Shown here: positions 38,585-49,120 of the stretch, one piece after another | Layout: every line of letters starts with the position of its first letter | How positions within the stretch are numbered: the stretch's first letter is position 1 | Assembly: GCA_965230295.1 (NCBI GenBank) | Contig: OZ246001.1 | Span: forward strand, 2,560,001-2,624,000 | Length of the DNA: 64,000 bases | DNA from: Marinicella sp. | GTDB lineage: Bacteria; Pseudomonadota; Gammaproteobacteria; Xanthomonadales; Marinicellaceae | Reading direction: 5' to 3' | Program-made: the position numbers and the translations under genes | The notes under the pieces: generated by a model | Seen by the model: the letters and a program-made list of their open reading frames with translations, nothing else | Told to the model about the DNA's origin: nothing | The model's database searches: none

Positions 38585-39445
38585 ATGTACAAAATGTATA
38601 GCAATCAAACTTACATACAAATTTCTCCTTTAACGGAGGAAGAGTATTTGCGTTGGTCCGGATTGTTGGCTGAACGACTGGGCATCATTGTTCCTAAAGA
38701 AAGGAAGATGTTCTTACAATCAAAAATTTGGTCAAGAATGCGGGAAATAGGTTACGAGGACTACGGTAAATATTGGGACTACATCAACTCAGGGATAGAG
38801 GGTAACCTTGAGTGGTCGCAATTGGTTGATCGTTTAACAGTGCATGAAACTTCTTTTTTCCGACACCAGCCTTCATTTGAGTTGGTGCAAGAAGACCTGA
38901 GTGAGAAAATACTGAAGGCCAAAGGAACGCTTAAATACAAAATCTGGTCAGTCAGTTGTGCCACTGGTGAAGAAGCTTATTCATTGGCATTGTTGGCCCA
39001 CCATATTTGTAAACAGAACGAGAAAAAATCCTATTTTGGTGTGACAGCAACCGACGTCAGCAGTCCTGCAGTGGCATTGGCAAAACAGGCTTTTTATTCA
39101 ATGGATAAATTAACAACCATTGACAAATCATTGCATGAGGGGCTAGAAACCCTGAACCATGAAATGTTCACCATCAAAGATGTCATTAAAAAACGAATGG
39201 CTTTTGGGGTGTTTAACTTATTGGACGTCAACAAACCTTCAAATATCAAGTATGACGTTATCTACTGTCAAAATGTATTGATGTATTTTGACAAATCAGT
39301 AAGGGAACAAATTTTGAACGGACTGGTTAACTATCTAAACCGGGATGGTCTTTTGGTACTGGGTCAAACAGAAATTAATGCTTGGTCTCACCAGAAAATG
39401 AAACGTGTCAACAAAAACAGAACTTTGGCATTCAGATTGAAATAA
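38585..39445 (+). CDS. pilK: CheR-type methyltransferase PilK
   Basis: LTVHETSFFRH, WSVSCATGEEAYSL, IYCQNVLMYF. Confidence 0.9.
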   Translation: MYKMYSNQTYIQISPLTEEEYLRWSGLLAERLGIIVPKERKMFLQSKIWSRMREIGYEDYGKYWDYINSGIEGNLEWSQLVDRLTVHETSFFRHQPSFELVQEDLSEKILKAKGTLKYKIWSVSCATGEEAYSLALLAHHICKQNEKKSYFGVTATDVSSPAVALAKQAFYSMDKLTTIDKSLHEGLETLNHEMFTIKDVIKKRMAFGVFNLLDVNKPSNIKYDVIYCQNVLMYFDKSVREQILNGLVNYLNRDGLLVLGQTEINAWSHQKMKRVNKNRTLAFRLK

Positions 39446-39446
39446 T

Positions 39447-42400
39447 ATGAGTAATATAGAACAAATAGATTTTTCAACTTTAACATGGGTTAAAACCGAA
39501 CTTGATGAAACATTGAATCGAGCCAAGGAAGCATTAAAAGCTTATGTTGAAGACTCCGAAGACACCAATCAATTGCAATTTTGTGTCACCTATTTGCACC
39601 AAATACAAGGCACATTAAAAATGGTTGAATTGTATGGTGCTGCGATGGTGGCAGAAGAGATGGAGTGGGTGGCCAAAGATTTAATTGATGGCAAAATCAC
39701 CGATGACGATGCCGCTTATGAAGTTTTGATGCAAAGTATTTTGCAATTGCCTGATTACCTCGAGCGCATTGAATTAGGACACAAAGATGTCCCCATTGTC
39801 TTGCTTCCACTGGTCAACGACTTAAGGGCTGTCAGGAGTCAAAAGCTGCTGTCTGAAAGTGCCTTATTTAACCCCAACCTGGAATTAGGAGTTCCTGACC
39901 GGATCAATGAAAATGATGTTTCATTGAAGGGTAATCAGCTGAAAACAGCCTTATTAAAAATCCGTTCTATCTACCAGATCGCTTTATTGAATTGGATCAG
40001 GAACGGTGATGACAGCAAAGGCCTGAATAACATGCAATTGGTTATTTCAAAGCTGCAGATGATTTTGTCTCAGCAGTATTTAAAACAATTGTTTTGGGCG
40101 TTTTCAGGTGTGATAGAAGGTTTGGTAAGCAAAACCATTGACGACAGTTTCTCAGTTAAGCAAATTGCCGGTAAAGTTGATCATTTAATCAAAGAATTGA
40201 TTGATGGCAGCCCCCATACAAAATCGAGCTCACGTGCCATTACACGTAACATGTTGTATTACATTGCGATCAGTGAAGAAAGTGGTCGCATGGCAAAAGA
40301 AATCAAAGAGTTTTTTAATTTAAGCCAGTTCATTCCTGATCAAGATGAAATTAAACATGCGGAAGGGAGCTTGTCTGGTAAGAACAAAGAGCTGTTGCAA
40401 ACTGTTTCTGAAGCCATTAATGATGATGTTTTGGTGGTCCAAGAATCTTTGGACTTATTCATACGTAATAAGTCAGCACAAGTTGATGAATTGGCACCTT
40501 TGTTAGAAAACTTACAGAAGATTGGTGATACTTTGGGCATCCTTGGTTTGGGTGTTGCCCGCGAGTCAGTTAACGAACATCAAGGTAAATTGAAAGAGTT
40601 GGTAGACAACAACACCAGACCATCAGATGATGAGTTGTTAGATGTGGCCAAGACCTTACTACAAATTGAGTCACAATTGGGTGACCACATCCAGTCATTG
40701 GGAGTGGCTGATGAATCGATCAGTGAAGACCAGGATGCCATTCCGAAGTCAGAGCAAAAAGCCATTTTGCAACAATTGGCTAAAGAATCAATCATTAACT
40801 TACAACAAATCAAGACCAATTTCGTGGCTTTCATCGAATCACCATGGGATAAAAACCAGGTTAAAGACAACCCACGCCTGCTAAAAGACATCGCAGGGGC
40901 CATGAAAATTTTGAATTTAAGTGAAGCTGGAAGACACTTAGACCAAATCATCAGTTATGTTAACGAAGATATTTTAGGCAAAAAATCTAAGCCTTCGGCC
41001 ATGCAACTGGAGCAATTGGCTACGGTTATTTCGTCATTAGAGTACTACCTGGAAAACTTGGATCAGGGTAAACGCATCCGTGACAGCCTGTTATCTGAAG
41101 TGGGTGTGCAGATTGAGCAGTTACAACATCAAGCATCACAAGAAACAGACAGACCTGATGAAGATGAGCCTGCTGTGAATGAAGAAGCAACAGAAGAGGT
41201 GTCTGAAACCGTTGAAGATGAAGAGGAAACGGTTACTGAAGAGGCATCTGAGGATCAAGCGACGGTAGAATCTGCGGAAGCTGGTGAAGAACAAGGCGCA
41301 GATACTGACACTGAAACAGGAGCACAAGCTGAAGAATCAACCGCTGAAGAAGTGATTGAAGCATCAACCTTGGTGGTGGATTTTGGTGATGATGTTGATG
41401 AAGAAATCAAGGAAGTGTTCCTGGAAGAGTTCGAAGAAGAACTTGCCAACATGAAGGAAAGACACAGCAGTTGGAAAGAAGACCCGGAAGAAAATGCGGA
41501 TAAATTGGTTGAAATTAGACGCATTTTTCATACTTTGAAAGGCAGTGGTCGTTTGGTGGGTGCTGAAGCCATTGGCGAGTTTGGTTGGCAATTAGAAAAC
41601 ATGTGTAACCGGTTGTTGGATGGTGGCATCAACCATTCAACTGATTTCAGGGAGGTATTGAGCTCAGGGGTGGAGATGGCTGATGGCCTGTTCACAGCAT
41701 TGCAAGAAAAGAGTACCGTGCCAGCTGGATACAACACGGTTCTACAAAATGCTGAAAATGTCAGCAATGGGTCACCGCTGGTAACTGCGATTGAAGTGGT
41801 TAAAGATTCTGAAGATGAGCTTGCAGAAGCGGCTGATACTGCAGAAGAAATGATCGATGAAAGTGTGGTTGATGAGGTGGTTGAAGATTCAGCTGAAGCT
41901 GTTGTTGAGGAAGCAGAAGAAGTGGCAGAAAATGTTGAAGAAGCCGCTACTGAAGATGACCAAGAAGAACTGGAAACGGAAGAGTTGCAACTGGAAGACT
42001 TAGAACTTGATGAGTCAGAACTCGAAGAAGCTGAAGTACCTGTTGATGAGGCAACAGATGTTGAAGTAACCTCCGAAGAAGATCCTGTTGAAGAAGATGC
42101 TGATGAAGACAGTGAAGAGGATTTAAGTTTAGATTTTGTTCAGTATGACCTTGAAGAACTACAGGAAGAAGCCGCAGAAGAACAAGCCGCAGAGGAACAA
42201 GCAGAAGAGGCTGAGTCTCAAGATGAAGATGTCGAAGCCGAAGAGGCTGAGGAAGACATGGCTTTGGAGTTTGACCTGGGAGATATTTCACTTGACCTGG
42301 GTGAGGACATTGAGCCTGAACAAGAATCTGAAGAAGCGGCTGATGTCGCAGAAGAACAGTCAGAAGAAGTTGCTGAGACAGCAGAGCTGGTCAGCAGTGA

Positions 42401-45400
42401 TGTCGACTTAGACGAAGATGAGATTTTAGATTTAGAAGCTGAATTGGCAGAATTTGAAGGTGATGAATCAGCCTTGTTGGATGATGAAAGTCTCCAAGTC
42501 AGTGAAGGTGTTGATGAAGTCAGTGAGGATGCGGATGAAGCATTTGATTTGTCAGACCTGGACATTGATGACAGCATGTTATCAGATGATGAGGATGCAG
42601 GTGCGGAAGCGGTTGATGAAGACATCGAAATTCTGATGAACTTGGCAGACGGTGATGAAGAGATATCATTGGATGAAGACCTTGCAGAGTTGGATGTTGA
42701 AGAGTTGTCAGAAGAGTTAGACTTGACCGTTACTGAAGAAGATGCTGATCAATCTTATGACATGGATGTTGATCCGGTATTTGTCGAAATACTACAAAAA
42801 GAAGTCGGTGGGCATTTAACCGAAATGTCACAGTTCGTTTCTGATTGTATGGAAATGGATGAACCAAAGATTAACGATGATTTTGTCAGGGTTGTGCATA
42901 CTTTAAATGGTGCAGCCAGTATGGCCTCAGTGGATGGCATCACTTCAATGACCACTCCATTAGAGAAAATGTCGATCATGATCATGGATCGTGATCAAAG
43001 TTTGAATGAAGAAGACATTTCTCAAATCGAAGCTGTGGTAACCCATGCCAAAAGCCAATTAAACCTATTAGGAACAGGTGAAGTGCCTGTCGATTCAAGC
43101 ATTGGCGAATATTTCGTCTCACGGATCAACGAACTCAACACCACCGTTGAAGAGATTAAAGATGCAGAGGATCTGGCGGTCGAGAGTAATCAATTAGAAG
43201 AGCAAGAACTCACAGTGGATGCCGCAGAAGAAACAGAAGCAGAGGCAGAAGCAGAGGCAGAAGCAGAAGCAGAGGCAGAAGCAGAGGCAGAAGCAGAAGC
43301 AGAGGCAGAGGCAGAAGCAGAAGCAGAAGCAGAAGCAGAGGCAGAGGCAGAAGCAGAAGCAGAAGCAGAAGCAGAAGCAGAAGCAGAAGCAGAAGCAGAA
43401 GCAGAGGCAGAGGCAGAGGCAGAGGCAGAGGCAGAGGCAGAGGCAGAGGCAGAAGCAGAAGCAGAAGCAGAAGCAAAAGCAGATGTAGAAGAAGAGCCTG
43501 TCTCTCAAGAACCAGCACCCGCGCCATTCCAACAAATGGATGAGACAGAGGTGCAAAATACTTTTGATGCCACTGAAGTGGATTTAGATGATGAGCTGTT
43601 AGAAATATTCAGTGAGGAAGCCACGGAAATTTTTGATCGAGCTGATCATTTATTGGCAGAGTTAGAGGAAAAACCGGACAGTTCTAACATCATTCAAGCC
43701 TTACAGCGTGATTTGCACACCCTGAAAGGTGGTGCAAGAATGGCTGGATTGAACCAAATCGGTGATTTATCACACCAGTTGGAGTCACTGTTTGAATCGA
43801 TTGCAGAAACCAATTCAGAAGTAACATCAGATCAACATGAAGTGATGTCACAAATCATGCATAAACTACATGGCATGGTGAACTCAGATGATTATGGATT
43901 AACCACCAGTATTGAGACAGAAACAAAACAACTGGAGGGCATACTGTCTTCTGATGGTGGTGAGATCAAAGAAAAATCCAAGCTGGATGAAGAGTTCTTT
44001 GATCCGTTGGCACAGGTTGATTCACCGCTGGAAGATACCGGAACGGAATCAGTTGAAGAGACTGTGGTACAGAAGAAGAAAGCCAATGTGTTATCTGGCG
44101 GTCAAATTAAAGTAAATTCAGAGTTGCTTGATAAACTGGTGAACTTCGCTGGTGAGGTAAGTATTTACCGGTCGCGAATGGAACAGCAATCAGCTGAGTT
44201 AAAACTGAACATTGATGAGCTGGAAAATACGGTTGAAAGGGTGCGTCGCCAATTGCGTGAATTAGAGCATGAAACTGAAGCACAAATTATTTCAAATTAC
44301 CAAATGGAAGGTGATGAGTTAGAAGAAGACTTTGATCCATTGGAATTAGACCAATTTTCTACCATCCAACAATTATCACGATCGTTGTCGGAGTCGGTAT
44401 CGGATTTAACCAACATTCAGGCCTATTTACAGGAGTCAGCACGATCTTCTGAGACCTTATTGGTGCAGCAATCTCGGGTAAATACAGAGTTGCAAGAAGG
44501 ATTGATGGAAACTCGATTGGTGACATTCAATTCTTTGGTACCGCGACTGAGGCGGGTATTGCGGACGGCCGGACAAGAACTGAGCAAGAAAGCTAAATTG
44601 ACCGTAAAAGGTGCTGAAGGTGAAATGGACAAAACAGTTCTTGAAGGTATTCAAGCACCCTTAGAGCACATGATTCGTAATGCCATGGTGCATGGAATCG
44701 AAGAAAATCGCAAGAAAGCCAAAAAGCCAGATCAGGGTTCCATCGTCATAGAACTGAGTCGAGAAGCCACCGAGGTGGTGATCACAGTTTCTGATGACGG
44801 TTCCGGCATCAACACCAAGGTGTTGAAGAAAAAAGCTTTGGATAGAGGCATCATTGATAAAAACGACAAGCTGTCAGATGAAGAAATTGCCCAACTGATC
44901 ATTCATTCCGGGTTGTCAGCGGCTGATGAAGTCACCAAACTTGCCGGACGTGGTGTAGGCATGGATGTGGTGAACAACGAAATTAAACGGTTGGGTGGTA
45001 GTATTGAAATCGTCTCAGAGCAGGGCAAAGGCACCACATTTGTGATTCGCTTACCTTATACGCTGGCATTGACGCAAGCCATCATCGTTCAAGTGGCAGA
45101 TCACCGATACGCGATTCCAGCTTCAGGTGTACAAGGTTTGATTCGAATGAACATTGATGAATTCAGACGCCGTATATTGGAAAATGATTTGGGCTATGAC
45201 TATGCCGGTGAACAATACCAAATTCAAGAATTGAACAAGCTGCTCTCAGTGGATTCTGAGGCCATGATTGAAGGTAATCAAGTACCATTGGTGATGATCA
45301 AATCTGGTGATCAGGGCGTTGCCTTGCGGGTCGATCAAACCTTCGGTGGTCGGGAAATCGTGGTTAAATCAGTCGGTACCCAAGTGGCATCAGTCCCTGG

Positions 45401-45917
45401 TATATTCGGTGCAACCATTCTGGGTGATGGTGCAGTTGTTTTGATTCTTGACATCATCCCCATGCACAGGGCCTTCTTACAAAAAATGGAGAAAATGGAA
45501 GCCGAAGGTGTACAAGTGGTTGAAGAGCTTGAAGAAGATCGCTTGACGACCATTATGGTGGTGGATGATTCGATTACAATGCGCCGTGCTGGTGAGCGTA
45601 TGTTAACCAGGAATGAATTCGAGGTGATGACTGCTAAAGATGGTTTGGATGCTTTGAATAAACTACAGGAACAAAAACCTGATTTGATGTTGTTGGATAT
45701 CGAAATGCCTCGAATGGACGGTTTTGAATTGGCAACCAACATGAAGGCTTCTGAAAAATTCAAAGACATACCTATCATCATGATCACATCACGTACCGGT
45801 CAGAAACACAAAGACCGCGCCAAAGAAATTGGTGTTGAAAGGTATTTAGGTAAGCCGTATCAAGAAATTGAATTGTTAGAAAACATCAAAGATTTGTTGC
45901 AATTAGAAGATGCATGA
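39447..45917 (+). CDS. chpA: chemosensory histidine kinase ChpA (HPt domains, HATPase, CheW, REC)
   Basis: FimL-like N-terminus; HPt motifs FHTLKGSG, VHTLNGA, LHTLKGGARM; EHMIRNA, DDGSG, GRGVGMDVV; C-terminal REC. Confidence 0.95.
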   Translation: MSNIEQIDFSTLTWVKTELDETLNRAKEALKAYVEDSEDTNQLQFCVTYLHQIQGTLKMVELYGAAMVAEEMEWVAKDLIDGKITDDDAAYEVLMQSILQLPDYLERIELGHKDVPIVLLPLVNDLRAVRSQKLLSESALFNPNLELGVPDRINENDVSLKGNQLKTALLKIRSIYQIALLNWIRNGDDSKGLNNMQLVISKLQMILSQQYLKQLFWAFSGVIEGLVSKTIDDSFSVKQIAGKVDHLIKELIDGSPHTKSSSRAITRNMLYYIAISEESGRMAKEIKEFFNLSQFIPDQDEIKHAEGSLSGKNKELLQTVSEAINDDVLVVQESLDLFIRNKSAQVDELAPLLENLQKIGDTLGILGLGVARESVNEHQGKLKELVDNNTRPSDDELLDVAKTLLQIESQLGDHIQSLGVADESISEDQDAIPKSEQKAILQQLAKESIINLQQIKTNFVAFIESPWDKNQVKDNPRLLKDIAGAMKILNLSEAGRHLDQIISYVNEDILGKKSKPSAMQLEQLATVISSLEYYLENLDQGKRIRDSLLSEVGVQIEQLQHQASQETDRPDEDEPAVNEEATEEVSETVEDEEETVTEEASEDQATVESAEAGEEQGADTDTETGAQAEESTAEEVIEASTLVVDFGDDVDEEIKEVFLEEFEEELANMKERHSSWKEDPEENADKLVEIRRIFHTLKGSGRLVGAEAIGEFGWQLENMCNRLLDGGINHSTDFREVLSSGVEMADGLFTALQEKSTVPAGYNTVLQNAENVSNGSPLVTAIEVVKDSEDELAEAADTAEEMIDESVVDEVVEDSAEAVVEEAEEVAENVEEAATEDDQEELETEELQLEDLELDESELEEAEVPVDEATDVEVTSEEDPVEEDADEDSEEDLSLDFVQYDLEELQEEAAEEQAAEEQAEEAESQDEDVEAEEAEEDMALEFDLGDISLDLGEDIEPEQESEEAADVAEEQSEEVAETAELVSSDVDLDEDEILDLEAELAEFEGDESALLDDESLQVSEGVDEVSEDADEAFDLSDLDIDDSMLSDDEDAGAEAVDEDIEILMNLADGDEEISLDEDLAELDVEELSEELDLTVTEEDADQSYDMDVDPVFVEILQKEVGGHLTEMSQFVSDCMEMDEPKINDDFVRVVHTLNGAASMASVDGITSMTTPLEKMSIMIMDRDQSLNEEDISQIEAVVTHAKSQLNLLGTGEVPVDSSIGEYFVSRINELNTTVEEIKDAEDLAVESNQLEEQELTVDAAEETEAEAEAEAEAEAEAEAEAEAEAEAEAEAEAEAEAEAEAEAEAEAEAEAEAEAEAEAEAEAEAEAEAEAEAEAEAEAEAEAKADVEEEPVSQEPAPAPFQQMDETEVQNTFDATEVDLDDELLEIFSEEATEIFDRADHLLAELEEKPDSSNIIQALQRDLHTLKGGARMAGLNQIGDLSHQLESLFESIAETNSEVTSDQHEVMSQIMHKLHGMVNSDDYGLTTSIETETKQLEGILSSDGGEIKEKSKLDEEFFDPLAQVDSPLEDTGTESVEETVVQKKKANVLSGGQIKVNSELLDKLVNFAGEVSIYRSRMEQQSAELKLNIDELENTVERVRRQLRELEHETEAQIISNYQMEGDELEEDFDPLELDQFSTIQQLSRSLSESVSDLTNIQAYLQESARSSETLLVQQSRVNTELQEGLMETRLVTFNSLVPRLRRVLRTAGQELSKKAKLTVKGAEGEMDKTVLEGIQAPLEHMIRNAMVHGIEENRKKAKKPDQGSIVIELSREATEVVITVSDDGSGINTKVLKKKALDRGIIDKNDKLSDEEIAQLIIHSGLSAADEVTKLAGRGVGMDVVNNEIKRLGGSIEIVSEQGKGTTFVIRLPYTLALTQAIIVQVADHRYAIPASGVQGLIRMNIDEFRRRILENDLGYDYAGEQYQIQELNKLLSVDSEAMIEGNQVPLVMIKSGDQGVALRVDQTFGGREIVVKSVGTQVASVPGIFGATILGDGAVVLILDIIPMHRAFLQKMEKMEAEGVQVVEELEEDRLTTIMVVDDSITMRRAGERMLTRNEFEVMTAKDGLDALNKLQEQKPDLMLLDIEMPRMDGFELATNMKASEKFKDIPIIMITSRTGQKHKDRAKEIGVERYLGKPYQEIELLENIKDLLQLEDA
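43236..43475 (+). repeat. 40 x GARGCA hexamer tandem repeat encoding (EA)40 inside chpA
   Basis: Counted directly: 240 bp of GAAGCA/GAGGCA units, in frame. Confidence 0.95.
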
Positions 45918-46860
45918 TCAACGAGTTGTTGGCCTGATACATATTGGTGAACATCAACCATCAGCTCAGTTTTTGATCAGCCAACTAGAAACGACAGGTT
46001 ACCTGGTCAAACAGTATGATCCTGATGAGATCGAAGACTTAGATACTGAGATTCAGACGTATATTCTGAATTTATATGACAACGAGGTGAATATTGATGC
46101 TTTGATTCATCACTTGAATGATCAAAACGCCAAGATCATCTTTAATGATGCCAGAATTTCAAATGAGCTTGTTGGCTGGAATAAAAATCGCTGGCTCAGG
46201 CACGTGCTGCATAAAATTGACCAGGCCAATGACATTTTGCCCAAGGCAGTATCTGCAGATGAGGACAGTGTTTCTGGTATTGATTTAACAGCACATGGCA
46301 TCAAATCTGTTTGGATTTTAGCAGCATCAATAGGTGGGCCTGAGTCCCTGCTTAAGTTTCTGTCTGAATTCGAAGGTGATGAGCCTTTGTTGTTTCTGAT
46401 TGTGCAACATATGGACAGTGAGTTTGTCAGTATGATGCAAAAACAGTTGGATAAGAATGGTCAAATACCTGTTAAATTGGGACAGGCTGGTGATACAGTC
46501 GGTGCCGGTCAGGCCATTTTGGTGCCAGTAGACGAAGATTTGATTTTGAACTCTAATGCCACTTTAGGCGTTAAAGACATCAACCCAAATCGCATGTCTA
46601 CACCTTGTATCGATGATGTTTGTTTCGATATGTTAGAAAATTTGAATAAAGTGAATATGGCTGTTTTCAGTGGGATGGCCAAAGATGGCATCATAGGAGC
46701 CACCAATGTATTTGAGAATGGTGGAAAGGTCATCACTCAGTCAGCAGAAAGTTGTGTGGTGTCTGCCATCGCTGAAGAAATAAGAAACTTGAATATGTCA
46801 TTGTTTGACGGTGAACCCGCAGCCATGGCACAATATATAAAAGAATCCCTGGTGGATTAG
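45910..46860 (+). CDS. chpB: CheB-type methylesterase ChpB
   Basis: ASIGGP (Ser), VQHM (His), SGMAKDG (Asp); follows chpA. Confidence 0.88.
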   Translation: MHDQRVVGLIHIGEHQPSAQFLISQLETTGYLVKQYDPDEIEDLDTEIQTYILNLYDNEVNIDALIHHLNDQNAKIIFNDARISNELVGWNKNRWLRHVLHKIDQANDILPKAVSADEDSVSGIDLTAHGIKSVWILAASIGGPESLLKFLSEFEGDEPLLFLIVQHMDSEFVSMMQKQLDKNGQIPVKLGQAGDTVGAGQAILVPVDEDLILNSNATLGVKDINPNRMSTPCIDDVCFDMLENLNKVNMAVFSGMAKDGIIGATNVFENGGKVITQSAESCVVSAIAEEIRNLNMSLFDGEPAAMAQYIKESLVD

Positions 46861-46869
46861 GAAAGCAAT

Positions 46870-47337
46870 ATGTCAAATGAAATTCGTGCGGTATTGATAC
46901 CGATTGAAGAAGACCGAAAATTACTGTTACCCAATGCCATGGTTGCTGAAGTTTTGGGCATGCGCAGCATTGAAAACACCAATCAAGATGTGGATTGGAT
47001 GTTGGGTACGGTGTCATGGCGTGGTTGGGAAATTCCTTTGATTGACTTTGCAGTTCTGACTGGTGCCGATGCAGAAACAGACATCAATACATCGTATAAT
47101 TTGGCTGTATTAAAAAGCATCAACCACCCAGAAGACATGCCCTATTTTGCCGTATTGTCGCGCGGCATTCCAAAATTACAATTGGTATCGCGTGGTGACA
47201 TGCAGTTGCATGAACAAAAGAAAATCAACCACAATGCCATTGCGTCTTTGGTGTCTATTCAAGATGAGATGGCAGATATTCCTAACATGAATTATTTGGA
47301 AACCAACCTCATATCCATCACTCAGTCTGCGGCTTAA
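46870..47337 (+). CDS. chpC: CheW-like protein ChpC
   Basis: LLLPNAMVAEV, WMLGTVSWRGWEIPLI. Confidence 0.88.
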   Translation: MSNEIRAVLIPIEEDRKLLLPNAMVAEVLGMRSIENTNQDVDWMLGTVSWRGWEIPLIDFAVLTGADAETDINTSYNLAVLKSINHPEDMPYFAVLSRGIPKLQLVSRGDMQLHEQKKINHNAIASLVSIQDEMADIPNMNYLETNLISITQSAA

Positions 47338-48064
47338 AATCGCCGTACAAACTGTGCAGCGCTGACATGATCACCGGGGCAACTGTCTCAGTGCGCAACA
47401 CGCGTTGACCGAGTTGTACCCCCAAATACTTCGCTGCTTCAAAGGCCTCAATTTCAGGAGGAGAAAAACCACCTTCCGGTCCAATAAAGACGCATTGATT
47501 TACCTGCATGTGACCAGGCAGTTGGTTGATGTGTGTAGCTGCACCAGGCTCCAAATAAATGGCTTCTGCTGTATTTGAGATCACTTGGGAAAGATTTAAG
47601 ATGGGCGTCACCTGCATCAGATCAGCTCGACCCGATTGTTCACAAGCACTGACAGCTACTGCCTGCCAATGGGCATGTTTCTTGGCCTGTTTGTGGCTGG
47701 GTATTTTGTGAGAACAAAAATCAGTTAACACCGGCTGCATCAATTGACAGCCCAATTCTGCAGCTTTCTGGATGCTGTAATCCATACGATCACTGCTACT
47801 GATGCCTTGTACCAAGGTGGTATTTAATGTGGACGGTTTGGGTTGTGATGTGATGGCTTCGACTTGATTAAGCGTTACATCATGTTTATTGATGGCCGAA
47901 ATGGTGCCTTGGTATTCGGTGCCTGACGGAGTAAAAAAATTAAGTTTTTGGCCACATTTATTGCGTAAAACATTGCGGATGTAATGGGCTTTGTCACCAT
48001 GAATGGTGATGCATTGTTGAATTTGCTTGGGTTCAAGGGGAAGGTAAATTCTCGAAATTCTCAT
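47318..48064 (-). CDS. rsmE: 16S rRNA m3U1498 methyltransferase
   Basis: HYIRNVLR, QKAAELG, SACEQSGR, IGPEGGFS, LGQRVLRTETV. Confidence 0.96.
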   Translation of the reverse strand: MRISRIYLPLEPKQIQQCITIHGDKAHYIRNVLRNKCGQKLNFFTPSGTEYQGTISAINKHDVTLNQVEAITSQPKPSTLNTTLVQGISSSDRMDYSIQKAAELGCQLMQPVLTDFCSHKIPSHKQAKKHAHWQAVAVSACEQSGRADLMQVTPILNLSQVISNTAEAIYLEPGAATHINQLPGHMQVNQCVFIGPEGGFSPPEIEAFEAAKYLGVQLGQRVLRTETVAPVIMSALHSLYGDFKPQTE

Positions 48065-48145
48065 ATCGGGTCAATAAATCAGCAGTGCATGGCAGTAGGA
48101 AATGAAATGACATATAATCTTAACCCAAAAACAAGATTGCGAAAC

Positions 48146-48592
48146 ATGAATAAAGTAAATAAATTCAACCCAAGAAAACAATCCAACAACGGTTTTACTT
48201 TGATGGAAATTTTGATTGTTGTGGTCATCCTCAGCATCTTGGCCATCACTGTGGTGCCTCAATTTCTGGACTCTCCTGATACTGCCAGAGTCGCCAGGGC
48301 CCAAGCTGATGTTAAAAACCTGGAAACGGCAATGAGTATGTATAAACTGGATAATTTCAACTTTCCCAGTACTTCACAAGGCATTCAGGCCTTGGTACAG
48401 AAGCCTTCTGGCACCCCAGAAGCGAAAAACTGGAAGCCGGGCGGTTATTTGTCCAAATTACCCAACGACCCATGGGACAACCCCTACCAATACTTGAATC
48501 CGGGTAACAATGGTGTGATTGACATCTATTCATTTGGTGCTGATGGTCAACCTGGTGGTGAAGGCTTGGATGCAGACATTGGCAATTGGTGA
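48146..48592 (+). CDS. gspG: type II secretion major pseudopilin GspG
   Basis: GFTLMEIL prepilin site, MYKLDN..FPST.QG, DPWDNPYQY, GADGQPGGEG..ADIGNW. Confidence 0.95.
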   Translation: MNKVNKFNPRKQSNNGFTLMEILIVVVILSILAITVVPQFLDSPDTARVARAQADVKNLETAMSMYKLDNFNFPSTSQGIQALVQKPSGTPEAKNWKPGGYLSKLPNDPWDNPYQYLNPGNNGVIDIYSFGADGQPGGEGLDADIGNW

Positions 48593-49119
48593 TGCCGATC
48601 GGCGGTCAATGTTCGACTTCTGTCATGAGAGCCACAGGATTTACCTTACTTGAAATTCTTTTGGTGGTGCTGATTATCGGTATCATGACAGTGGCTGGTG
48701 CCAACTTGATCAACAGCCAATCAATAGAACGTGTGATCATGAATCAGGCCAAACAATTTGAAACCAATTTACAGTACATTTGTGAGAAAGCAGTGTTTGA
48801 GAATCAGGCATTTGGTATTGAATGGCATGAAAGTGGTTACCAAGTACTGCGCTACCAACAAGCCAGTTGGTTAGCGGTTGAACAACAAGCAACGCAGTTG
48901 CCTGAGCAAGTAGACAGCATACTTTTACTTGATGGCTATCCCCAGAAACTGTCCGTTGAAGCAGAAAATATACCGCACATCATTTGTCAAACCGATGGTT
49001 CGATCAATACTTTTGAATGGCGTTTGTCTGTCAGTAACAATCCGACCAATGACAAAACTCATTATTCACTGCGCAGTTCGTCTCCATGGGAATTGACAGG
49101 AGGCTGGCATCAACCCTAA
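48592..49119 (+). CDS. gspH: type II secretion minor pseudopilin GspH
   Basis: GFTLLEILLVVLIIG; follows gspG. Confidence 0.85.
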   Translation: MPIGGQCSTSVMRATGFTLLEILLVVLIIGIMTVAGANLINSQSIERVIMNQAKQFETNLQYICEKAVFENQAFGIEWHESGYQVLRYQQASWLAVEQQATQLPEQVDSILLLDGYPQKLSVEAENIPHIICQTDGSINTFEWRLSVSNNPTNDKTHYSLRSSSPWELTGGWHQP

Positions 49120-49120
49120 A

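Noticed and set aside
43194-43556. ORFs with poly-CF/CL, poly-L/LP and poly-QK/QR
   Set aside because: Alternative-frame readings of the GARGCA repeat inside chpA.
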